NCBI GenBank assembly: GCA_001929475.1
Contig: LXFE01000181.1
Span: 1 to 46,055 of the forward strand
DNA: 46,055 nt
From: Neolecta irregularis DAH-3
Taxonomy: Eukaryota
Direction: 5' to 3'
The notes below the pieces were generated by a model, which was not told where the DNA came from, made no database searches, and saw only the letters and a program-made list of their open reading frames with translations. This document shows, in pieces, positions 1 to 10,664 of this stretch (the first letter of the stretch is position 1; each line of letters opens with the position of its first letter). The translations under genes were made by a program, and so were the position numbers.

Positions 1-46
1 CTCAATACTCAATACTCAATACTCAATACTCAATACTCATCTCATG
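1..46. repeat. (CTCAATA)5 tandem repeat plus CTCAT x2, running into the TyrRS ATG
   Basis: Five perfect CTCAATA units at 1-35, then ctcat-ctcatg; truncated by the window edge. Confidence 0.95.
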
Positions 47-1313
47 ACCCCACAGGAAAAATTCTCCCTCATCGCTCGCAATCTCCATGAAATCCTCGGC
101 TGCGATCACATAAAAGAGGTCCTGGCCCATCGAGATCTCAAACTATACTGGGTACACCCATCCCATCCCATTCTGACCATAGGGCACGGCCCCCACTGGA
201 AAACCACACTGCGGATACTTTGTCCCCATGACAAAAATCGCAGACTTTTTAAAAGCAGGCGTACACGTAACAATTCTCCTGGTAGTCTGCTCTCTCCAGT
301 ACACTAACTCCCAGGCCGACATTCACGCTTTCCTAGATAATCTAAAAGCCCCCTTTGAGCTAGTAAAACACCGCGCAAAGTACTACGAATTCATAATAAA
401 AGCAATCTTGAAAGCAATAAACGTTCCCATAGAAAAACTCCATTTCGTCCTCGGAAGCTCCTACCAGCTCAACCCCGATTTCTCCCTCGACAACTACAGG
501 CTATCTGCTCTCACCACAGAACACGATGCAAAAAAGGCCGGCGCTGAAGTCGTCAAACAGGTCGATAACCCACTATTAAGCGGTCTTCTCTACCCCGGTC
601 TGCAAGCCCTCGACGAACAATACCTAGACGTAGACGCACAATTCGGCGGCCTCGATCAACGCAAAATATTCACCTTTGCAGAAAAATACTTGCCCCATCT
701 CGGTTACAAAAAACGCTCTCATCTAATGAATCCAATGGTCCCCGGCCTAACAGGCGGTGTACCCCCATTCCACATCCCTTCATCTCACCCCCTAGAAAAT
801 GTCCTCCTCAGACGATGCCTCAAAAATTGATATCCTCGACGACGAAAAAACCGTACAGAAAAAAATCGCTAGCGCCTTTTGCGAACCTAGAACAAAAGAT
901 AAAAACGGCGTGCTCGCTTTCGCAGAAACAGTGCTCTTCCCTTTATCACACTTGAACGGAAAACTAGGCTTGCATATCCCTCGACCAGATAAATACGGCG
1001 GCCCCCTAGACTATACTACCTACGCCCATTGCGAAACTGCTTTTCTTGCTGGAGACGTATGCAATAGCATTCGATTCGCTAATTGACTTTTTAGTTGAGC
1101 CCGCAAGACTTGAAACTTGGCGTCACACAAGCTCTCAATGCTCTTCTCGCCCCTATTCGTCAGGAATTTGCTTCAAATCCAGAGTTTCAAACAGCTCTCA
1201 GTCTCGCCTACCCCGCTCCTGTCTCCCACGCTCCAAAGAAGAAGGAAAAGAAAATTGGCACAATGGTTCCAAACAAGGGCAAAGCAAAGATCCACCCGCC
1301 TCCGCAAAATTAG
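44..1313 (+). CDS. TYS1: Cytosolic tyrosyl-tRNA synthetase (4 introns: 152-182, 282-314, 759-795, 1057-1094)
   Basis: Spliced product has [15 protein letters not shown] (HIGH-like), [29 protein letters not shown] and GGKMSSS; basic C-terminal KKKEKK. Confidence 0.95.
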
Positions 1314-1406
1314 ATCAAGCATCAACTTCTCATCGTAAATGATGGGAATTATTTCTTGTATGCTACAAATAGACGCCAGTAACGCACCTCAACCATAATG
1401 CAACCC

Positions 1407-4400
1407 TCAAAATGTCTCCCATCTAAAAAATCAACAGATATCTAAATGCTACACATTTACCCTCCCTGGTCGTAATTCTGCTCAATGTGAGTTGCAACCT
1501 TGGTAGAAATCATTTGCATCAACCATGCATTACGAACGGTTGTCTCATATCGTTTCTGATGTAGAAACAACCTTCGCCCACGCCTTATCGTTAGCAAAAG
1601 ATGAAAAGTACTGCCTACTTAAGTAGGAGGTCAGTCTCGCCATGAGAATCTAAATATGGAGTCGCAGTAAAACAACCTTGAGTTCGAAACAAGTATACTA
1701 AAACAGATTTTTTGATGACCAAGAAGATTCCAACATCCCCACAACAACTACTAGGTCAGAAAACTATCTAATCATTGTAAAAGGATCCCTTGCAGTATGC
1801 TGGTTGCATTCCCCAGTGCCAGTAGAATCTGTACAACATGTGCTTTGAAAACAAAGCACTGTCCCACAAAAGAGACATATAACAGGCTCATTCGGCACGG
1901 AATTGCATTTAGAGCAAACATACTTGCTGCATAATTGCACCAAAATATCAAAATGTTGAGGCAATGGGATGAGGTCAGGTAATCCAGGGTACGCTAATCG
2001 AATAGGTCGTTCGGGTGTTGGTGAAAATCGATCAGACTTGCGTTGGGCCAGCTGTTCGCACCATCCAAAAATTAAACATCTTGTAATTTGGCAGTCATCT
2101 GGTTGCGTAGTAGGCTCTTCTCTGAAAGGAATTACGAAAATCTCTTGCAAAGAAGGAAGATTTAGTTGCACTTGAAGACGAGCAATTTCCGGTAGCTCGC
2201 TCAAGTCATCATTGGCATCTGGTATGGGGCCCTGGAATCTAGCAAATGCGTAAAGAACTGATTTTCGAAGAAAGGGTACGAGCAACTTCTCCAAAACTTG
2301 AAGGAATAAATGCTCGTTCACTTGCTGTAGTCCTAGGGTAGTCAACTTGCCATCACATCCACTCTGAATCAAAAGCAATCGCGTGAAACGAAGGATGATG
2401 GATTCGGGATCCGAATTAGGGGGTTTGGATGATGCGATGATACTCGATAGCGTTCCTGTCTTCTCAACCGCTTCCGCATTGAGCTGCATCCCTAGAGCTA
2501 GGACAATTTTACATACTTTGGCCATATATATAGTTCGCAGTAAATGGTGAAATTCGAATTGCAATGTTGGAGACAGTGCCATATTTACCTGTACCAGAAC
2601 CTCGAATTGGTCTTGTTGCAGTAATGGCAAATATTCAAAAGCAGATCCCTCATCCGGCTCATAAACAAGTGGATGTCCCATGAAGATCTGCTTGAGTAAC
2701 TTTCCGGTGTGGAATATGAGCTCTTTGACGACGGAATTTTCCGGACCTTGCATAGATCCTATACTCGAATAGCTCAATGCGGTCTCACAAAGTATCCGCA
2801 TGAAGGAGAGCGTCGTTTCATTGAGTTTGTTGAGAACAGACACGTCCTGGGAAATTTCATTTGTACGGTGCGAAGCTTCAACAGAGGATAAAGTATAGGA
2901 CACGAGAGACCAGATTTCTTTGATGTTGGCAATTTCCTTGCGCGAATCAGTTGGCTGAGATGAGACAAGATACTGAAGATGGACATATGATTTTGTGACC
3001 ATTTCATCTGTCTCCTGACTACGAGCCGACGAGTTGGCGATGAAGTTTGCAAGAAATGATTCTAATCGATCGCGGGCATTTATTTCAACCCCATGGTCAG
3101 AATCCTCGAAAGCATATCGTATCTTGGCTTCAGTTAACAAGTGATCACTGATTACATCAGAAACATTCTCCAGCATATAGCTTCGCATAGCATCGTGGAA
3201 TCGACGAGAGCTAAGACTGTCTGTCCGTGAACTGGAAGAGCGAGTTACGGCTTTTCGTGATGATAGAGTGCCTTTCTCTAACCGACAAATCGCAGGTGCA
3301 ACAACAGTATTAAGCCAGTCTTCGTAATTTGTCTTCGTCTGAAGTCCATTCGTACAGCCTTCTATCCTTCCTTTCCAGATAATGGGTATGAAAGCATTAC
3401 CAAGACGTTTACATAAAGGACAAAGAAACTCTCCGCGCTTGGTGTTTTCTGGATGATTGCGGTACTGCTGAGCATGACTGCGATCAAGAATATTATTGTA
3501 GAACCTATCAAAACAGTCCGCATGGATAAGATGACCACAACTAGATGCGTTTGCGCCTTTCAAAATATTGTCAGAAGGGAATGACCTTGCGTGTAAATCT
3601 TCGATCGAATGAACATCAGGTATCTCGAGGGCAACTTCGGGTGTTCTCAGGCCTTCTTTCGTCCAGTATGGGTTTTCTAAAGGCATTGTGCGGTTGATGT
3701 TACTTCGTTGAATGATTGATAACGTTCCAAACAATCTCTCATTGCCTGTCTCTTCCTGACATACAATACAAGTACCCTTTGGAAAATTCCAATGAGTTGA
3801 CATAGAATCGTGTTGGGTTGCGACATCGACGTTCTCATCATCACTCATGTCTTCGCAATTTTGGCTCCAAAAATTCTGCTGAGCTTGTTGCATTTGAGCC
3901 ATTGCTCTTTGCTGCCGTTCCTTTGCGAGAATTCTCTTTGCTGCGTCGGACTCAGAGATGCTTTCGTCGGGAAGCATTTCTGAATCTTCGTCACTACTAG
4001 AATTCGTTTGAAGTCGTGAAATTAGCCTCCCAAGATCATTCCTAACTTCGCTAGTAGATATTGATGAATGAACTATTTTGGCCAATTCCAAGAATGTTTT
4101 CGATTCTTCACGAAGACTGCGCGCAGGAAAAGAATAGGTGACGACTCTCTGAGCAAAGGACGATTCTTGCGGCGTAGCCTTGGTACAAAGTATCGCCAAA
4201 TGTGCAACGTCTTGCAACACAGTTCCTGGCAGTTCTCCTCGCACAAGAACACTCGAATGAATGAAATCCAGCGCGAAAAATACCAGTTGCTGCAGAATCG
4301 CCGAAGAGGCTACATTGTCCAGGTTCTCGTAGATGCCGTCTGTGATAGGTTGTAAAGATGGTTCCATGACTAAATTGGGGGTTTTCTTGATCTCCTTTGC

Positions 4401-7400
4401 CAATAATGCCCTTGCTTCTTCCCTTTCGTTCCGGTCATAATGAAAGAAATATGGATCGACTTGAATGACTTTCTCTGATTTCAACCTAAATCTACCAGGT
4501 TCTTGAGCAATATCTGGATGTTGATAATGAGCAACAGTATTTAAAACATCTTCAAAATCAACGTGATCAGACATTCGTTCAGGAACTGCTTTATGAATTT
4601 GAGAAAACGTCATCGAGCCAAAACATAGGACTTGAATAATTTCTCGAGCAATCTGTTGTTGGATAGTCCATTTGCAGATCTTGCTTCGTTCGCTAAATAG
4701 CACAATGACGAGAAACAAAACCTCCTCGAGCATAGCCACATGACGATGATCATCATGAACATTTGTTGAATACCACGGATCCGTGAAAAGCCATCCACAA
4801 ATATCAAAACGGTCGAGGAGTGTCAACAAGAAGTGGTCAGGCTCGAGAGTCGCAAGCGCAAATTGTAACAACATAAGATCCTTATCTACCGTGTACTCTC
4901 TTATGTCGATAACTCGATAGTGCATGTTCTGTTATTAGCAATGCTTGTATGGTATCGAGTACCTGAGCCTGCATTGCCATGCCGTTCCTTACCCAAAGAT
5001 TTTCTCTGATTTGTGCTTGCAGAACGCATACGCGTAGAGGAAAATCCACGACCAAAGCAAGAAGATAGTTGCGGAGCTTTTTGAGATCATAAAAGTCTCT
5101 TCCAAGGGCAATACTAAGTTCAGTGAGCCATCTTGAATTTGGAGAAATCTCTTGAAGATTATTAAGGTTGCCCATTAAAAGATCGACATCGGGAGCTTGG
5201 GCAGCATGTTGAAGTAAGGAAGCCAACAGCCAGTGCAATGGATGATGAAAACTAATTTCTAATTTGGAAACATCAAACTCTACGATTTTCCAAGGCTGCG
5301 CGTATTGATTTTGAGAATTTATATACCGAAGAGTGGAAAAGTTGGACCCACTGGGTGACTGTAAACTCTGGGAATCTCGGGACGTTGACCAGAGTATAGT
5401 ACGATGCAAAACCACACGAAAGGCTTGGTTTACAAGGACTTGCTGGGCATCGGTGAAGGCATCTGAGAGTAAATCGCAAAGACGAGCCAGTTGGAAAGAA
5501 ATATTGAAGGCAACGTTCCAAGAATCTGACTCAAACTCGACATGTTGAATAGATGCTCGCTTTTGTTTATTCATTCCTTGGAATAACCGAAGAACATCCA
5601 AGAATTGTTTCAGAAATCTAACTTCTTTTTGGAGAATAGGTTTGAAAGCATCGACTTTCAAGAGGTATTGAATGTCATGAAAGATTAGAAAGGCTCTCCG
5701 ACTCTTGAAGTGCGTGGATTCCGCGTCTATAGTAGCATCCAGATCAATTTGATCCACATCCTCTACCTGCTTACGGGTGTAAAATGTATAGAGGATGGCA
5801 GATAGCTTGGTAAAGAAATTATACCGCGTAACGAGCTCTTTGGCTATCGAGGGAGTTGTGAAAATTTGAACTGAGAAGTGAATAATAGAGTGATCAGGTT
5901 CGCGATCAGCAATCAGGAAGGCCCGGGCAAGTTTCGTGTACATGATAGCAAATCGTACGCCTGACGTACTTTAGCAATAATCTTTCAGAAAAGGAGCATA
6001 CCCATAACTTTCTTAAATTCTGTGTTCACAACCATCGAATTGATATAGAGCTCCCTGAGACTAATTCTCGCTTTTTTCCATAGACGTAAATCAAATAGAA
6101 GATACCAGTCTAGACGCATTTGACCTTCTCTCTCGCATGAATTTGGGTTAGACCAATAATTATCTGGGTGGACACTTTTATGCTTTGGTTTGTTACAAGT
6201 ATCCGAGGAAACATCTGGGGAGTTTTCCACAACAGTCAAAGAAGAGTTTGCAGGGCGGGCGGTGGGTAGATTTTCCAACGCGAAATCCATTTCGTCAGGC
6301 TCGCCTTCTCCTTCCATATCAACATCGTCATTGTCTTCGCTCATATCGTCCGGTGAATATTCCTCTTCCGAATCAAAGGCCGGTGCAAGACCATGCAGAC
6401 CCAATCCAGCATTCGAGCCATCTGAACCTCTGCGCCATTCACCACAGAGCTCCTCGCAAACAATCGTTCGCAGTAGAGATGCATCGTCACCGACTGTACA
6501 CATTACAATATCCTTTAGCCACTCAATAATGGTTCCGCATAACTCTTCTCGGAATACGTCTCGTGCAGAGCGAATAGTCACAGCCAATTTGATATGGTCT
6601 AGTAGTTTGGCTATTTGAAGCAATTTGTAGATGTCGGATGACTTTGCCACAGCAAAACGACCGAGTGCGTCAACTTTTTGTGCTGTTTCTTCCGCGAATG
6701 ATCGTTCACATCCAGTAGCCCGTCGTACTTGATGAATAACCTGGTCGAAAGAATGCTTCTCGTCGTTCCAGAGCACTGTAGTGTAGATAGCAGGATCAGT
6801 ATCGGCATTCGGCAGTCCATAAGCTGAAAAGTGCAGTCGCGATGCTCGCTCATCAATGCGAACATCCTCTGAAGTTGCTGGAAGTTTGAAGTTTTCTGGC
6901 GAGCAAGATAGGACGTCGAGCATGAAGTTTAGCACCCTGGCAATTGTTGACCGAATGGACCTCTTGAGATCTTCTGGAATTTGTGAATACTTTCCTGAAT
7001 CGGTCAAAGGATCTGATCCTGAGCCATCCAAACTATGTATGCTACAACAAACAGGGGTTTTCCAGGCTTCCAGGTCTCCACAGTCGCAACATCCACCATT
7101 AGATTTTTCGATAGACATTGATATTTCGTGGCCTTCGTGATTAGAAGCCTGAAAGCACCGTGCACATAGGACACAAGTATCATCAAGAGAACACTGCCTA
7201 TTTATCAGAGATATGTGAGTAAGTGATCTCGTACTTGCATCTGTATACCGCCTCACCTTTTCTCATGATATGACCACATGGCTTTCCGCGATGAGAAGGG
7301 AGATATTCCGCACCGTCAACAGAACCCTGTGCCTTTGATAAAACTGGGTTTTCTTCAAGAGACGGAATGCCATTCGGGAAGAAAAATCGCCAATATTCGT

Positions 7401-7536
7401 TGTTGTAACCGGTCAAAGAACGGAACAGCTCTTGCAATAATTCTTTTTCCATGACAGGAGAATATGCATAGTTGCAACTCGAACCAGCGAGACAGAGGAA
7501 GGCTTCAAGGTTGTTTATTCTAGGATTGTGATTCAT
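1407..7536 (-). CDS. UBR1: N-end rule E3 ubiquitin ligase, UBR1/Ubr11 family (6 introns)
   Basis: UBR box (CGHIMRKGEAVYRCK..CVLCARCF..GGCCDCGD), ClpS-like LWNDEKHSFDQVI, RING-H2 (CIVCQE..SSCGHLIHADC..EFLCPLCK), C-terminal PYLDSHGETD..RRGR..GGWETF*. Introns at 7198-7234, 5961-6001, 4929-4962, 1748-1788, ~1584-1617 and 1423-1460. ATG placed at MNHNPR. Confidence 0.93.
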
Positions 7537-7762
7537 ATTTGGAAGATAGTCTCGTGTATGCTTTCGATCATCAACGTACCGACAAGAATTGGGTGTAGTC
7601 TTACGTTTTGGAAGCACGTGGTTACCATCACGTCATGAAATCAATCAAGATTCGAAGCGGAAGTTCAACAAATTCGTCTTACAAGTATAATTAAACTACA
7701 GAATCAGGGCAAGTAGCGCATATATCGAGAGAATATTTTTGCAATAATAACGATTCACAGTT

Positions 7763-9451
7763 TCAGGGCTCGTGCAATTGCTCCTGCGAAATGCTGTCGA
7801 GTCCCGCTCTAACATCGTTAATAGTTTTGTCGGAAGTTGTGCTATTGGTGCCTATTCTAGTGAACGAATCTCGTCTGGTGGATACATTCCACTTGTAATT
7901 CTGTTCATGGGCGGGCTTACTAGTCAGGTACAGGATAGGACGTGAACATACTACAAGGCGATCATGCTTGCGAGCAACATTTTTCAGGCTTTCGAGGCCG
8001 ATAGCTTCTTCCCGGATAACGGTTGATTGAGTTACAACGACGTTGGTCGCTTTGTTGATCTCATGGTCAGTGATTACTAATAATGCTAAAACGAAACTAC
8101 TCTTAGGTCGTGTGAATCAAGTCCATATGTTAATCCTGGAGCATCCCACGTGTTTGAAATTTTGTTATGCACAGAAGGATTAAGGAGATGTCGTCTCTGT
8201 TCAGCCCGAGCATGGAGAGTAACCTATGATTCAATGATACGATCAGATATACTGAGTACCATAACCGAATGAGTGTAAAGCTTGCCTAAAGATCAGACTT
8301 GGTGGGTCATTTGAATTTACCAAGAGGAAACTGAAGCGCCATGTGAGTCATGTTCTCGGAGCTTTGAGCAACGTAGAACTAGATGGTATGAGAAATGCTG
8401 ACTTGTGGCCAAACATACTATTGTATCTAATACGGCAACAACCGCACTGAGGAACCCAGTTTCCATAGTCAGACGAACAAGTGAGTTCAAGATACTAGAT
8501 GTATTAGAGGGATTAGGAATATTCTTTTCTCTTTTCTACCTGTCTCACAGGGTCAGAGTAAACTGTGGCAAACGATATACCTGTAGTCAAGAATCCTGTT
8601 TTCGACCGATAGAGAAGAATTGTCAACACAGTAGTAAGGCCAACATCAACGACACCTCTGGTCAAATCCAATGGACGATATGAACATACTCGCAGGAACA
8701 AGCCAAACGACGACTTCGACTTTGACATGGGAGACAGTGGACATCCGTCCGACTCTGGCCAAAGCTGCAGCAAGAACAAGGGAACTAATTTGGTAAAATC
8801 TTTGTGTAGTAGATTTCGTACGAGATGAGGCAGAGGATTACGGAAGGCACAAAGATGGCCAAATAGAGCCATCTTGCCGTGGTATGCCGACGCATAAAAG
8901 TCCACGTTCTGTGGATGAAGAACGATTGAACGAGGAAGGCGATCATTCCGTTCAATGCTGGTTCCGTCCAGAAAAGCCAGTTGGTAATATCGAAATAGTC
9001 GAAGTCACCAAAGTGTTTGGCATAGTTCAGGTACAACAAGGAACAATCGCAGCAAGCTAAGCTTGTTCATTGATAAACTTTTGCGGGAATATACTTTGCA
9101 AAACATTTATCACGTAGAGAATCCCGACATACCATTTCATGGATGTTTTGTCTTCCGTGAATATGTGAAAGTAATTCCAGGTTTGCCTGTGGTCAGAACG
9201 AATCACTACAGATGGAGGTACATTGTCAGCATACCCATGAAGAAGATATTGATAATAATGCCCTGTGAAGATATGAGTTTATTCTCAGATAGATAATACA
9301 AGCATATATGCTCCGAGAGAGGCATCTGTATCAGAATAGAAAGCCAAAATCTGATAGTCAAATGTAGCAAGCGTGTAGAGGTTATTACTGAAGAATTGAG
9401 TTGAGCATTACTTTGGGCAATTGCATCAACGAATGCAGGTGCCAGTGGCAT
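7763..9451 (-). CDS. Multi-pass membrane protein, DUF6534-like (about 12-13 introns, including a 4-nt microexon)
   Basis: Spliced product contains LVQSFFIHRTW, WLVPASVVDVGLTTVLTILLYRSKTGFLTTDSILNSLVRLTMETGFLS and GKLYTHSVMVTLHAR, matching my recollection of the DUF6534 consensus. About 7 hydrophobic segments. The 3' end is less certain. Confidence 0.75.
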
Positions 9452-10400
9452 GATAGATTGACAAAGGAATGGACAGGCTGGGAACTAAGCGGTACCCAGA
9501 TTGGAGCTTATATGGAATCATCTCCACTTAATTTGCAGACAAGGGACGATCCCCTCGATCACGATAACAAACGAGCGGAGCATCCGCGACAAACCATTAA
9601 ACATAGCAGACCATGGGGCAGAAGTGTGTTTAGGTCTAGAACAGTGTGGATTACAGAAGGACATTCGTGACGAGAACTACAATCAATGTACGACAATAAC
9701 GTTTGGCCTGGTCTCTGAGTACGTTCTTTGCATGTTTGTACTAGGCGGCTAACTGGAGAGGAGATTGGTGAAAATGACGAGTGGATAGTAGACGGAAACA
9801 GGTTTCACAGCAAAACAGGGATGGCGTAGAAGTATGCGTCCATGAGAATCGCGGCATACAAAGACTAACCGCCATGATGCAACGGAGACTTGTGACACGC
9901 AGGCTGCAAGTCGGGGAGGTTGGGAAATATTTGGATAACTTTTGCTTTGTAAAAACGGTGATAGTTTGAGTGATATGAGGCGGAGAGGGAGAATGGAGGG
10001 TGTGTTGAAGATTGAGCGATAGGGAATGATGAGGTAAAGAGAGAATAAAAGATTGCATGTTCGCTGCTGCAAAAGACTGGCTTCCGGCCCTTACTTATAG
10101 AAAGGAGATAACTCTCATCCCCTTTCTCCTGCAGATAACGTGAGCTACTTATAGAAAGAACAAAATATTAGAGAGAAACTATATAAAAGAGAAAAGCAGA
10201 CGTAGATGCCTGACGCTTATCATATCCTTGATGACAATCGTGTCTGAGATTAGGCCATTTCCTTGACTTCAGTAATGGACAGGTGTTTGTTGAGATAAAT
10301 GTTTGGGTTGTTGTGATTTATTAAAAGAGAGCGTGGGTTTCAAATGTGTTGAATTAGAGTACGGAGTAGCCAAACTAGGAAAAGGGGGAGGAAGATAAAA

Positions 10401-10417
10401 AACCCTAACCCTAACCC
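10401..10417 (+). promoter_or_regulatory. Interstitial telomere-like AACCCTAACCCTAACCC (telobox / AACCCT-box-like)
   Basis: Nearly three CCCTAA-type units in the divergent promoter between the membrane protein and the histidine kinase. Confidence 0.55.
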
Positions 10418-10601
10418 AAAAAGAGGGAGTAAATAGCTGGTGACTTCCGGAGCCGCTTGTTTTTCGGAGGGAGGAATGATAGATGAGAGAGGAAAAGAGG
10501 CAGGTTGTAGGAGCGGTGAGGTTCCGCGGTAAAGGTAATTACTTGAAAAGGTTGTGAAAATTGTCGCAGGAGAATCGGTTCCGAAACGTAGATATCCACC
10601 A

Positions 10602-10639
10602 TTACGTCACCGCCGGTGCCCTTTGGGGCCATTCACGTG
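10602..10639 (+). promoter_or_regulatory. Candidate CRE/ATF site (TTACGTCA) and E-box (CACGTG) upstream of the histidine kinase
   Basis: Exact motif matches at 10602-10609 and 10634-10639. The motifs are short and function is untested. Confidence 0.3.
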
Positions 10640-10664
10640 GCCCGAGGTCTATTCGAGGAACGGC

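Noticed and set aside
7537-7617. N-terminal extension of UBR1 in the ORF track
   Set aside because: Begins at GTG in a promoter-like region; the first ATG is at 7536.
7630-7636. ATGACGT (M26/CRE-like heptamer) upstream of UBR1
   Set aside because: A single 7-mer is expected by chance several times in 46 kb.
9401-10632. Short ORFs in the divergent intergenic region
   Set aside because: No recognisable motifs; they reflect low-complexity purine/pyrimidine bias and mostly non-ATG starts.
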